Assembly: GCA_951406725.2 (NCBI GenBank)
Contig: OX597836.1
Coordinates: 2,728,001-2,792,000 of the forward strand
DNA: 64,000 bases
Direction of reading: 5' to 3'
DNA from: Octopus vulgaris
Taxonomy: Eukaryota
Positions 1 through 15,030 of the stretch are shown in pieces (the stretch's first letter is position 1; every line of letters begins with the position of its first letter). The notes under the pieces were generated by a model. It saw nothing but the letters and a program-made list of their open reading frames with translations, was not told the DNA's origin and made no database searches. Position numbers and translations under genes: made by a program.

Positions 1-560
1 TATTTTTTCATTATTTTATTCGTTTGTGGTTTTGCTGAAGATGTAGAAATTATTGATGTTTTATGAGAGTAGTATTGCGATCATCATTATTACTATTATT
101 ATTGATGTTAATACTGTTGTCACTGCTGCTGCTGCTGCTGCAGCTGTCGTTGAGGTGGTGGCAGTGGTGGTGGTCGTTGTTGTGTTGTTGCTGTTGTTCA
201 TATCATTATTACTTTCATTATTAATGCCGTTTTTGTTATTGTTGTTGCTATGAAAAAGCATATTGGAAGTTTTTTCTCAGTGCTTTTTGTCGTTGATAAT
301 TTCTGAATTACTTTGTGTTGGCGTTAGTGTAGCTGTTGTTGTTGTTGTTGTTGTTGCTATATTTTGTAATTGATTATGTTATTGGTGTTGATGTTGTTCA
401 TTTTGTTGTTGCTGTTGACGTTGCTGCAATTGTTCTCGTGCATATATGCGATATGTTGCAAAATACTCAATCGTTCTTTGATGCAAGAAAAGGCCATAAG
501 TTATCGCTAGGAAATATTTATATTTGTGATATTTTATTGCCTGTAGACGTATTATATAAC
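1..560. repeat. Decayed trinucleotide microsatellite zone (GTT/GCT/ATT)
   Basis: Runs of gctgctgct, gttgttgtt and attatt; the overlapping ORFs are homopolymeric artefacts. Confidence 0.85.
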
Positions 561-1729
561 TAGTCAGACACAGATAACGAGAGGCAGAGAGAGAAAGAGA
601 GAGAGGAAGAGAGAGAGAAAGAGAGGGAGAGTGAGAAAATAGTGGTAAAGACCAATGAAAGACTGAGTAAACAAAGATGAAAAGAGAAAAAAAGCAAACA
701 GGAAAGAGAAAGAGAAAAGTCAGAGAATGTGGCCCAGACAAATACGTACAGAACACATGAGCACACTGCAACGAAGCCCTTCTACACGACAACACACATA
801 CACATTACTATTCAGGAACACATGTACACACACAAACAAGCATATACACTCATATTTATATATATATAGACATATATGCTTGTACATAATTGCTTGCGCT
901 TGTACATTTAAGAAGACAAATGTCTGGGTTCAAAGATAATCACTAGAACTCCAATTTTTGAAGTCATAGCAAGCGGATAAGAGATATGCGACATTCAATA
1001 GGCACACACTGAAAGGTTCAAATACGTATGACTATCTTGGAAGTTTTATAGAAATAGTTTTAATGAGAAGGCATATCTAGCAGAAGAGTTATAGGAATCA
1101 CATCCACTGTTATTGTACAACAATATTAATGTGTGTGCAGCTCTTTTAAGATGCGTTTTAATGAAAGTCGTGGCATAGAATCAAACTATAGCGAATTGCC
1201 TTATAGGCTTTCAAACTGGTGTACTTTGATGAATGTTGTTGAGAAAAGAAGTTACACAACGTTTAACGAAACGACCACATTTCATTGGAAGCAGCAATGA
1301 AGAAGTGGCGTTCATGAATGAGCCACAGTCGTCCGTCTCAAACCAAAAGAAGACTTCTCATTTAAGCAGTAAAGCATTTAAAGAAATATTCGTTCAATTT
1401 ATGAAAAGAATATGAAGAGAAAAATTCTTTGAAGAGTAAAAATCTTAAACTATCGAAAACAAAAGCACAGTTCCCTTTTCCTACGCTGCTTGATTGCGAA
1501 GACAGAGCTACACTACATTAAGTTATAGCAACGTTTATGATTTTTTTTAAATCTCCAAATAAACCTAAGTACCTTGCATTTGTTAGGAGATCTGTAAAAT
1601 GATACCAGATTATTATATAACTTTCATAAATAATATCAACTTTTGTGCAATAATACCTTTGCAATATCTAACTACTTTCAAAGTACAGTGTAAAGTATAG
1701 CTGTATAATATATAGTCTTTACATTTACA

Positions 1730-2045
1730 TACGAGGTTTGGACAGAAATGAATGCAAATCGGGCGAACGTCCTTTTCTTTTCTTATTAAACAAAAAACTG
1801 ACGCATGTCATTTAACTTGCGAATGCTTCTAGAGCAACCATGGTCGAACTCAATATATTTGTCATCACAAGCGATATATTCCCATTAGCTTTCAACCCAG
1901 TTCGACAATCATCTCTGAGAAGGGATTCACGTGTAGAATATTACATTGGAACGACGTCTCAGCCTTCACATCATTTGTGTCATAAACGCGCTGTCCATAA
2001 TGGCTGTCCTCGAAAGGAGGAAGGCGTTGGATGCCGGAAGAGGCC
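1730..2045 (-). mobile_element. Highly decayed mariner-like transposon remnant
   Basis: Begins with TACGAGG, a mariner-type terminus after TA. The minus strand near 1875-1900 reads like the mariner C-terminus VEANGEYI with one frameshift. Confidence 0.35.
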
Positions 2046-2089
2046 AAATTCCGTTGTTTGTGTGTGTGTGTGTTTGCATAATTTATTAT

Positions 2090-2282
2090 CTTTTAATTTT
2101 TCTAGTCATCTGACTGCATCAGCGATGGGGCCTTGCCTTGAACGGTTTTAGTTGGGCAAATCAAACGTAGGACATACTTTCCTAAGCCTAGTACTTATAC
2201 TATCGGTCTCTTTTGGTGAACAGCTAAGTTACGTGTAAGTAAACACAGGTACGAAGCCACTCACACAGACACACACACACAT

Positions 2283-2321
<39 letters not shown>

Positions 2322-2370
2322 GTGAGAGAGAGAGAGAGAGAGAGAACAGTATTCTAGTTTCTGTCTACCA
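2090..2370 (-). mobile_element. SINE family B fragment (3' part with internal microsatellite)
   Basis: agtcatctgactgc...cctagtacttatactatcggtctcttttg...gtaaacac matches the copy at 11430-11831. Confidence 0.7.
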
Positions 2371-2447
2371 TATCCATTCATACATGTATATGGCATATAT
2401 GTATATACATACATACATACATACACACACACACAGACACACACCCG

Positions 2448-2493
<46 letters not shown>

Positions 2494-2729
2494 TATACAT
2501 GTAACATACTGCATAAAAACCGATGTTGGGAAATTAGTATTCCCTAAACCAGAACGAGGAAAGCTGATTAGAAGACAATAGATCAAAGCCATAACTGGAA
2601 CTGCAAAAATCTTTATCATTTAAGAATATACGATCATGTCTAGACATACAAGTATATCCATGAGTAGTACATACATACAAATATGCGTGTGCGTGTGTGT
2701 GCAAACTAACTTATAATAAATATTGATCT

Positions 2730-2921
2730 CAAATTTTGGTACAAGCAGTTTCAGTTAACAGGATAAGTCCGTTACGGCAACCCAAGTGCTCAGCTGGCAC
2801 ACTTTTATCGAACCTGAAATGATGGTAGGCCTCGGTGGAATTTGAACTCAGGACGTGAAGAAGGCCGACATATCGGTAAGCACCTTGCGCACCCAGCTAA
2901 CGATTCTACCAGCTCGCCGCT
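2730..2921 (-). mobile_element. SINE family A copy (tRNA head), diverged
   Basis: Reverse complement reads gcggcgagctggtagaatcgttagc...ctgagttcaaattccaccgagg, matching 25745-25972. Confidence 0.8.
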
Positions 2922-2950
2922 TTAAATTTATTACAAATAATAATATTACA

Positions 2951-3200
2951 GAGATGTACTTGCATAGCAAGTGACCTGATCTGAGATCGTGTGTTGGAAC
3001 GAAAACAATTACATCGTGGAAGGTGTTTATAAGCCATTTAAGAAACACACAAAAACCGTGTGCAGCACAGAATTTCGTCAATGAACAAGTCGCGGTCTCA
3101 AAGCGACGAAAATAGTTTGACAAATTAAATCGCAATGTTGAAGTGAATCTGACGGTTTTTGTGTGTTTCTTAAATGGTTTATAAACACCTTCCACACTGC
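2951..3200. mobile_element. Penelope-like pLTR-type insert with inverted duplication and hammerhead-like motif (family 1, copy 1)
   Basis: 44-bp inverted repeat 3016-3059 / 3152-3195 with 1 mismatch; hammerhead-like core 3077-3121; flanking 12-bp direct repeat AATAATATTACA (2939-2950, 3201-3212); homologous to 52830-53098. Confidence 0.65.
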
Positions 3201-3814
3201 AATAATATTACAAATATTCTAATAATATTCATCACCATTGTCAGTCCTCAAGTCCGAAGGTTCTTCTTTCTGAAAGTGGAATCATAAAAAATAAATCGTT
3301 TTGTCAATTAATATTATTCTGTCTACGTTGGTTATGTTTTGTTATATAATATATAACAATAAGTAAAGACTGATGATTGTAGGTGCATGTCAGGTCGAAT
3401 GGAAATAGTGGTAAATATGTCCGGTGTATATTTGGTAATGATTAAATTATAAAGACACACGTCAACGCATTAATTTTAAAATTACTTTTTCATCTCTAGT
3501 TGACTTAGTATGAAGTCAGGCTTGTTTGTGTTGCCATGTTGAGTTTTCTAATATTTACCCTTGAGTTCACAATTCTCATGTAATGCATGAAGGCTTTTGT
3601 TTCGTATAAGGAGTAGGAATTTGGTTCTTTGAAGGCACTGTTGTCTCTGTTGAATATGTGGCATTGGTTTTTTGTGTAGATTTGCGAGTCATTTTACCAG
3701 TTTGTTTACATAATGATTATTAAACAATTCTGCGATCGATCGAGTGTTTTGTTTAGACATTCATTTACTTGGGAAGAATACATGAAATGATACATGTTAG
3801 CATACGAATATATG

Positions 3815-3874
<60 letters not shown>

Positions 3875-4037
3875 AGAAAAAAAGCAACAAGAATGGATTA
3901 GTTTTTCAGTACGATTGTTTATAATCACCCCACATTATTTTATGGTTAATACCATATAAATTTCTGGTGCATCTAAGTTAAGTACCGCATTCATGTGAAT
4001 TCATTGGAACTCACTTGAATATTAATTGCTTTTAGTA

Positions 4038-4102
<65 letters not shown>

Positions 4103-4329
4103 TATATGTGTGTAAATATAGATATGGATACACATAGATACATGCATACACACATATACATATATGCATAGACAGACAGACATTCATGCACACACACACA
4201 TATATGTATATACATCTTCTCTATCTATGTTGCCATTCACTGCTGTTCTCTATATACACTCATTGTCCTTGTACCGAGTGCCATTGCAATATACGTGTTT
4301 TCCATTATTATTAGAAATATAAAATAGTC

Positions 4330-5400
<1,071 letters not shown>

Positions 5401-5789
5401 CTCCAAAGAACAGATAAAATAGAAAATCTAATTCGTCTGCAAATTCTCAAGAATATAACGAGGAAAGAGCCAAACTGAGAAGGAAGTGGTATGGTTCATA
5501 TATTTAAAAAACAGATTTTCTGTGTTTGTTTTTTGCTTTTCTTTTTTCTAGTCAGAATTATTCTGTATTAAATAGAAACTTCCTACATAATTAAAAATTC
5601 ATATATCACTGTCTGAAAAGAAAATATAAACAATCACAGAAAAAAACAAGAATTGAAACAAAGAAAAAAGAAATGTTTCGAAATCGATCAAACAATAACT
5701 GAACGGAATTAAATAACCATTTTTCCTTTTTGCCTTATTATTAGTATTAATTTTTGTCCTGGTTTAACAATCACCATTCCTATCTTTAT

Positions 5790-5856
5790 TACCGTTGATG
5801 ATATTGATATTACTAGCAGGAATTATGATTAATTTGGTTACTAGCACTTATAATAA

Positions 5857-5887
<31 letters not shown>

Positions 5888-5897
5888 AATAATAATC

Positions 5898-5996
<99 letters not shown>

Positions 5997-6554
5997 TCAT
6001 CGTCGTCGTCGTAGGCGCCATCGTCGCCCGTCAGCGTCATCAGTATAATCAGCATCGTCGAATCGTTATTATCATTATTTTGAGTACGATTTATATAATT
6101 ATTATTTTTTTTTAATATTTTACCATCGTTGATATTATCACCATTACCATCATCACTACTACAACTACGACTAATGTTGTTGCGTCTGCTGCTGCTGTTA
6201 ACGCTACTGCTGCTGTTGCTATTACAACTGCTACGCTACTATTTCAACTAATACTGCTATTCCTACTACTACTAATACCAATAATACTACCACAACTACT
6301 GCTAATAATGAGAGTAGTAGTAGTAGTATTAGTAGTAGTAATAGTAGTAGTAGTAGTAGCAGCAGCAGCAGCAGTAGTAGCTGTAGTAGCAGCAGCAGCA
6401 ATAGTGGTAGTAGTAGTAGCAGCTGTAGTACCAGTAGTAGTAGTAATAGTAGTAATGGTAGCAGCAGCAGCAGTAGTAGTAGTTGTAGTAGTTTCAGTAG
6501 TAGTTTCAATAGTAGTTTCAGTAGTAGTAGCAGTAGTAGTAGTATTGGTAGTAA

Positions 6555-6635
<81 letters not shown>

Positions 6636-6722
6636 CAGTCGTAGTAGTAGTAGTAAAAAGAAAAGAACAACAACAACAAACCTCGTCATCGGTATTGTTT
6701 AGATTATCATTAGGTTTTGCTA

Positions 6723-6776
<54 letters not shown>

Positions 6777-6970
6777 TAATAAACCTTTTACTCCGATGAT
6801 TACTTAAGAAAAACCTCTCATTATTGTCCTTGTTATGATTTTCCCTCTTGTTATCATTATTCATTTCGGTGATTTTTATATTTAATTTTATTGTTAATAT
6901 TATTATTAATATTATTATTATTATCATTATTATTATTATTCAGCAGTTTTATTTTTATAGCGTGCTTTCA

Positions 6971-7061
<91 letters not shown>

Positions 7062-7896
7062 GTCATCATTATTATTAATGTTATCATCATCATCATCATC
7101 ATTACAATTATAGTTCGAAAGTTATTTTATAGTCATGAATAAAATGTTCTAGAATAAAAAAAAAATGTAATATTTGTCAGAAAATTCCTAAACAAAATAA
7201 AGAATAAATTATAATTTTTTTTTTAGAATTTATAATAAAAAAATATGTAAAAAAAAAACTATTTAGTAATTTTCCATTATTCTTTTGTATTTCCTGCATA
7301 TATTTTTTCGTTTGTTTGTTTCTCCTTTATTTCTTTATATATATATGATTTTTTTATATTTTGCATCAAAGTTATTTTAGAATAATATCGAAATTATATT
7401 CCGAGTTATGCATAGAGGTATTGTTGTTGTTGTTGGGTGTTTTATCAATTGTTGTTGTTTTGTTGTGATTTTTCTGCAGTTGTTCAACTGCTGATGTTGG
7501 TGTTTATTTTTGTTTTTATATTTCTATTATGTTTGTCTATTCTTGTTTTTTTTCCTTTTGTTTCCTTTTGTTTTCATTTTACTCCATCTTCCTTTATTGA
7601 TACCCGCTCTTACTTGTGTTTGGAATTGTTATCATGATGATGATGATGAAGATGACGATGATGACGATAATGATGTTGATGATGATGACGATGATGATGA
7701 TGATGATGATGTTAAGGAAGATGTTAATGAGGGAAATGAGCATGATGATGATGATGAAGATAGCGTGTATAATGGTTATGATGATGACGATGATGACGAT
7801 AATGATGATGATGATGATGATGATGATGATTATGGTGATAATGATGACGACGAAAACGTTGATGATGGTGATGACACTGAAGACGATAATGATGAA

Positions 7897-7941
<45 letters not shown>

Positions 7942-8251
7942 AATGATGACGATGGTGATGATATTGCAAATGGTGATAGGGGAAGTGATGACAGTAACGT
8001 TGACGGTGATAATTATATTCGTGTTGCCTGAGATGATGTTGATATTGGCATTGTTGTCTACGATGTAATTTGCATTGGGTGTTGCGTCTGTGATGATAGC
8101 AATGATGATGATGATGATGATGACGATGATGATGAAGAGGAAAGTGCCGATTATAATGATGATATTGGTGACAATGGTGATGATGATGATCATGATAGCA
8201 GTTTTGTTCGTAGTGGTAATAACGATGATGATGATGATGATGATGATGTTA

Positions 8252-8311
<60 letters not shown>

Positions 8312-8568
8312 GTGATGGTAGTGATGATGATGATGATAGTAGTGGTAGTGGTGTTGGTGATGATAGTTCTGGTAATAATGATGGCGACTTCGAATAGTAA
8401 AATGATGGCGGCGATATCTATGTTGGCAATGATGATGGTGTTGAATATGTTGGTGGTCATGCTGTAGCTTGTACTGGTATTTGTGTATGCGACGCCGTCG
8501 TGGGGGTTTGCAGTTTGCATTGACTTGACTGTGCCGTTTTCGTCTATGTCTGTAGTGGTGATGATGGC

Positions 8569-8645
<77 letters not shown>

Positions 8646-8800
8646 TAATAATAATTATAATGATGATGATGAATGTGATGATGATAAGAAGAAGAAGCAG
8701 AGGATGATGATAAGAAGAAGAAGAAAGAAGAAGAAGAAGAAGAAGAAGAAGAAGAAGAAGAAGAAGAAGAAGAAGAAAAAAGGAGAAGAAGAATACCAAT
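5790..8800. repeat. Compound trinucleotide microsatellite island: (AAT)n, (GTA/GCA)n, (ATT)n, (GAT)n, (GAA)n
   Basis: Directly visible pure and interrupted trinucleotide arrays. Confidence 0.97.
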
Positions 8801-10429
8801 GACTATGTTGATGTTGAACATCTTTCTTTTATTAATTTTTTGTTGATTTTATTGTTATTTTAATTCTATGATTCGTCTTGTTTCACTGATTCATTGTTTG
8901 TTGTTGTTGTTGATTTTACTATTTCACGTAATTGTATCTGTCATGCATTAAAATTCATTATAGCATGTGGTTGTTAATTAAATATTTGTCAATGGAACAT
9001 TTCATTTTTTCTTTCACAGGGTGGCAGTGGGGTATGGAAGATGGCAGGGAAAGAAAAAATATAGAAAATGGCTGAAAACAAATTCTACTAATACCAACAA
9101 CACAACAATAGCTATCATCCTACCATCATCACCATTGTAAACATTACCTGCAACACGCCATTACTACGACGATTAGAACTGCAACTACGAGCGCCAGGAG
9201 TACCACATCTACTAAGAATACATTCATCACTACCTACCCACGATTGCTAGTAAGCTGGACATTATTTGAAGGACAACGTTTAAGACGCCAACGACGCCAG
9301 CTCAAAAGGTGGCTACCATCCGCACCATCGTTACAATAAATACCGCTACAGACCCGAACGAGCATTATGACGATCAATGCCAAACCCCAAACCATCAACA
9401 TCAGAACATCAGCTCGACACGACTACCATTAGCTCAATTCCCATATCCATAACAATCCCTCCCAGCGCCAGCACAATATGATAACTAAATTACCTTCATA
9501 ATAATATCCCTAATATCAATACTATTCACCTCAGAAATATATTTGAAAATTCCATAACATCGCTGCAATTAATGCCATCTTCGTGCCAACACCGTACCTC
9601 TTTCTTCCTCACTAATAACGGTATCGTTCCCGCCACACCATAAAAAAAACCTCTGAAACAAAAACTCTTTCCTGATAACAATCACCACCACCCTCTCGCC
9701 ACTAACACATCACAACCAAAAATATGGCAAAACAAACAAGCAAAAATTACAACTAACTTTATCATCACACCATTTCTAACGCATGGGATTGTAATGGAAC
9801 ATTCCATTAGTATCAACGTTCGGCGTAACAAGCAAACCATTAACCACTCCAACACCAATCCTGAAGTCTCTAGACATTATCACAGTCACAACAACAACTG
9901 CACCAATGCTATCACTAGCAGTAATTTCACACCAGCACTATAGCGAAAACAACGAAATTATTCATAACGACTCCGATAACAACACCATTTCTACGCCATA
10001 ATCATTGCAGCTTTTATGCTATAACAACAGCAAGAATATCAATACTATCAGAATAACTCTAATGTATAATGTACAGTAATTTCACACCAACATCACGGTA
10101 GAGCCAATGACAACTGTTACGTCAGATAATGCATTACCAGAAAAATAGTATTTTTTTTTTTTGCTTTGCAACGACGAGATCTAGGCGGTAAGTACTAACA
10201 TCAAACCAGAAGAGTTACCACAGTAATATTGCTTTTACAGCAATACGAACTCCATATCTAACATGTCTAACAATAACATCAAAGCAGTGTTAGCAACGAG
10301 AAGCACCAATTCCATTACTTATTTCTAGCAGATTGAGATGTGTATTTCTATGCCAATACGGTACTGAAGAACAAACGAAATCGAATACTAACACCTGCCA
10401 TTCACTAAAAGCTTACCATCACAAGAACA

Positions 10430-10960
10430 ACAATATCAAAACAACAACCGTCTCCACAAAACACACATTAGCTGGGAAGATGAAGCAAGGTGATCGACAT
10501 CAAGGATAATGCCTGGAACCCAGTGTCACTTCACGAGCAGCATTATTGCAACGGTAACACTAAAATAGTACAATCGCAAAATTCACTCATTTTTCCCAAC
10601 AAAGAAAAGCAAGTGCCGTCTGGAAGCGAGTTCCAGAACATCGTTGCTGATTGGTTGTATTGTGAGAGATTCGAACGAAATACCTTTGTTATATTTCTAC
10701 AAGATACTTCCTTTCGCATTGCAAACTTTTCCGATTCCAGATTTAAATGCCACAGTTCAACATGTTACCACAGAATGCGAGAATACACCAAAACGATAGC
10801 ACCAGAATGAGCAACCCACATCTCTTTGCAATGGAGGACGCATCTCATCAGTTCAACACAGCTTAAGCAACCGATGCAACGGACTTGCAGAAAGAACAAA
10901 ACATTTGGGGATGCAAATCATAAATATTTTCTCACAGTAATTTAACATATTAACGAATGT
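10430..10960 (+). pseudogene. Decayed Gypsy/LTR-type integrase remnant
   Basis: FQNIVADW..C..NTFVIF resembles the first catalytic Asp region (PFQ.V.AD); RCNGLAERT near 10872-10898 resembles P.SNGLAER; frameshifted. Confidence 0.4.
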
Positions 10961-11105
10961 TGCCAGAGTGTCAGAAACACAGGAGTCTCTTTTGGCAGGG
11001 AGGAAACCCCAAGAACGTAACCGAGGACAAAATGTTCATTATTTTATATAAACATCAGTTTCGAACAAATGAGGGAAGTATGTTGTTTATGATTATCTGA
11101 AGAAT

Positions 11106-11350
11106 GCGAAGTAGCTCAGTTGTTGAGGAGTTGGATAGAAAGTCATATCACAGTTACTGAGCTCAGGGTTCAAACCTAGCTCATATCATTTGTATCGTAT
11201 CAGGGTCGATAGAATTGTAGTAGTCAATGGCGATATATTGGTATGACTATAAGGATATTGGTAGCAATTTTTTCCGCTAGATCTTGCGACCCGTTGCATT
11301 CCGACAACGACGACTAAATGGACACAGCGAAAATCTTGAATGGTCTAAAA
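11106..11350 (+). mobile_element. Old tRNA-derived SINE
   Basis: A-box-like tagctcagttg and B-box-like ggttcaaacc, followed by gggtcgatagaa. Confidence 0.4.
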
Positions 11351-11429
11351 GCGAAGAACTTTCCCTTGGATAAGATCGGTAATAGGGAGCAGGGAAATAT
11401 TTGCATAGATGCAAACCTTTTCTTCTTTT

Positions 11430-11831
11430 TTATTTCATTTTAAATGTTTCGGTCATTTGACTGTGGCCATATTGGAACACCGCCTTTAGTCGAGCAATTC
11501 GACCTCTGGACTTATTCTTTTTAAGCCTCGTACTTATTCTATCGGTTTCTCTTGCCGAACCCCTAAGTTTCGGGGACGTAAACACACCAGCATCGGTTGT
11601 CAAGCGATGTTGAGGGGACCAACACAGACACACAAACATATACATATATACAGATATATATATATATATGTACGACGGGCTTCTTTCAGTTTCTGTCTAC
11701 CAAATCCACTCACAAGGATTTGGTCGGCCCGAGGCTATAGTAGAAGACACTTGCCTAAGGTGCCACGCAGTGGGACTGAACCCGGAACCCCGTAGTTGGA
11801 AAGCAAGCTATTTACCACACAGCCGCTCCTG
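11430..11831 (-). mobile_element. SINE family B, near full length (tRNA head, internal (TA)/(TG) tract, gagtaaaa-type tail)
   Basis: Minus strand: aggagcggctgtgtggtaaatagcttgc...gggttcagtcccactgcgtggcaccttaggcaagtgtc; many homologous copies in the window. Confidence 0.9.
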
Positions 11832-12736
11832 TTAATCTTCCACACAAAAACCACTTCACTTCATAGAGCTGAACATACAGGCGCAGTGACGAGGTCAGAC
11901 CTGATTGATAGAGGCATCCGATACGAATAACTGACTCATCGTTTCGCTCCTGTTGTCGGTGGTGCTGGGCGGCCATGATATTCTTCTCTTTCACTTCGTC
12001 ATATTATTCATTCTCATTTTTAGTCATCCATATTTTCTGCACCAGTCCTACATCCGTCAACGATGACCCAGGTTTTACAATTCGTCTATTATACAGAATA
12101 TACCAAACATGTTTTCATGTTTTGAAGATGAATTGTTCTGTCTTAAAGAGGAATGGTATCGCCGATATTTCTTAGAAGTCAACCAGCGACGGGGAAATTC
12201 AATGTCTGACGCCCAAAACATATAATAAGCCAATGATGACAGCAAAAATATATCGATAGCAAGAATTAGATGAAATATACTGTAATTTTTCTTCTTTTTA
12301 CAATAACAGGAAACGTCTAAAGAAGTGTTTTTTCATGAATAAATAAATAAATGAATAAATAAATAAACATTTTCTATGAATTCGAAAGAACAGTCTTGCA
12401 TTATGCCGCATCAACAGAAATTGAATCTAAAATGTCAAGAACAGAGATTTGGCAACGTAACAATAGAATACAAATATAAAGTCCGAGCCATATATCAGTT
12501 TGAATGTGTCTATGTAGAACATATTACGCATGCATACATACGTGTGTGTGTGTGTGCATACTTATATATACGTTGTTGTGTACTGAATGTTTGCGCTTAT
12601 GTGTATGCGTATGGTGTGTGTAGGTATATGTGAAAATGTATGTACGCATCAAAGTGCAGATTGTTCTGTTGGAGAGTAAGTATATATGCATGCATATGAA
12701 TGCATGCGTATATTTATAACGTATATATGAATATGT

Positions 12737-12760
12737 ATAGATAGATAAATAGATGGAAAC

Positions 12761-12798
<38 letters not shown>

Positions 12799-12823
12799 TG
12801 ATTGATTGATAGATGGAGAGATA

Positions 12824-12887
<64 letters not shown>

Positions 12888-12913
12888 CGAGAGAGAGATA
12901 AATAGATAGATAG

Positions 12914-13008
<95 letters not shown>

Positions 13009-13036
13009 ACAGATATATATAGATATATATATATAT

Positions 13037-13067
<31 letters not shown>

Positions 13068-13070
13068 TAA

Positions 13071-13123
<53 letters not shown>

Positions 13124-13124
13124 C

Positions 13125-13180
<56 letters not shown>

Positions 13181-13194
13181 TGATAGATGGAGAG

Positions 13195-13255
<61 letters not shown>

Positions 13256-13258
13256 TAA

Positions 13259-13317
<59 letters not shown>

Positions 13318-13380
13318 TACATAGATAGACGGATAGATAGATAAATAGATAGACAGATAGATAGATAAAATTAGATAGAG
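12737..13380. repeat. Compound (GATA)n-(TA)n-(GA)n microsatellite with higher-order repetition
   Basis: Three cycles of GATA/TA/GA blocks; the linker gattgatagatggagagataaat occurs twice. Confidence 0.95.
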
Positions 13381-13647
13381 GTGCATTATGTATACAATAT
13401 ACTGAGAGGGGCAGACAGACACAGCCGGAGAGGGAGTTGAGTGCCTGTATGAATAGATATATGAGCATTACGTGAACAGGAAGAAAGAAGACAAACTAAG
13501 ATACACCAACTTATGCATCATTATACATAGACGTATAGACATGCGCATAATAATCCGTATACAGATATATATCTATACACGCTGAGGTCGGAAAACACAC
13601 ACACTGACGCTCACACACATACACACACACATATATATATATATATA

Positions 13648-13855
13648 CTCTTTTACTCTTTTACTTGTTTCAGTCATTTTGACTGCGGCCATGCTGGAGC
13701 ACCGCCTTTAGTACTTATTCTATCGGTCGCTTTTGCCGAACCGCTAAGTAACGGGGACATAAGCACACCAGCATCGGTTGTCAAGCAATGCTAGGGGGAC
13801 AAACACAAACAAACACACACACACACATACATATATATACATATATACGACAGGC
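13648..13855 (-). mobile_element. SINE family B 3' part
   Basis: ctcttttactcttttacttgtttcagtcattttgactgcggccatgctggagcaccgcc. Confidence 0.9.
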
Positions 13856-14129
13856 TATATATATATATATATATATATATATCAAGGGGGAAAGAGAGAG
13901 AAAGAGATGGAAAGATGGAGGGGTGCAACATATGGAAGAAAATAATGTGTTTGATAGATCATACATAGATATCAATGCCAAAATGGCGATGCAACAATGT
14001 ACACGAATATACTTAAACGATTTCACTATTATATACATGCACACTTATGCATAAATATGCATCCATATACACACGCACAATCACACATAAACACATATAC
14101 ACACAACACACAGACACATACCTGCCTCT

Positions 14130-15030
14130 GTCTGTTTGCATAACTGTGGACCTCTGCCCCCCAGCTCCACACATAACTACCAACAGACTGTGTCCTCCAT
14201 TATCCATCACCTCATCTCCTTCTCCCGTCTCCCTCCCACCGCCTCCAACCTACCTAACTGTCTGCACTCAACCTCCCTCCCGTCTCTGCCTGTAACTGTC
14301 CCGCAGAATTGTTCTCAAAATATCTCGACCATGTCCTTGTCCCTAGTTGCTTTCCTCCCCTCCCACATCCACGACACTAACCATGCTCCCCGTGTCTTCA
14401 ACTCTTTCTCCTCCGCTCCTGGCCCTTCTAAACTTCTCTTACTCTCTATATCAAGAGTCTATATACGACGATCTCACACAATGTATGGGTTCTGGCATTC
14501 ACACACTTCTTAGACCTTCCACCCAACACCCAACCTGACACCTCCACATTTCTTCCTCAGGCCGAACTTGTTCTCTCCCTCAACTGCTTCTCGTTCGCGG
14601 GTGAATTTTACCAAGTCCATGGAGGGGCCATAAGAACGAGAATAGTCCCCCAGCTATGCGAAACTGTTCGTTGGTTACGTTGAGGCCTAAATATTCTCAC
14701 GATTCACTGGTCGCAATCCCGAACGATATGGTCGTTATACTGATGAATGTATTGATGCGACCTCACCCTCCGCAACACATCTAGACGCCTTCCGTTCTTT
14801 TGTCCAATCCTTCCATCCTGCCCTCGAATTCTCCTGCATTGTTTCCAATATTTCCGTCGCCTTTCTCGACATTTCGCTCAACATACATAACTCCGCTCTC
14901 ACTACCTCCTTCCACTACAAACACACTGATTCACACAAATACCTTAACTTCCTTTCATACCCACACTCATAACCCCTTCGTTTCGGCAGGGTCTGCAGTG
15001 ACAAACACGACTTTGAGTCATGGTTTGCCA
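14130..15030 (+). pseudogene. Penelope-like element reverse transcriptase remnant (stops and frameshifts)
   Basis: Ordered PLE RT motifs: SACNCPAELFSKYLD; LPSHIHDTNHA; IKSLYTTISHN (motif A region); LNCFSFAGEFYQ..G.AIRTR..PSYAKLFVGYVE (motif B); YGRYTDEC (decayed RYIDD); FHPALEFS...VAFLDI...HYKHTDSHKYL. Confidence 0.88.

Noticed and set aside
3915-3990. Hammerhead-like AAACAAUCGUA on the minus strand in a TA-flanked insert
   Set aside because: The CUGANGA half and G12 are not recognisable
7594-8799. Long ORFs such as the 401-aa and 314-aa ones, and the many YIYI/LSIY ORFs
   Set aside because: Stop-free reading of microsatellites; homopolymeric or dipeptide products with no domain signal
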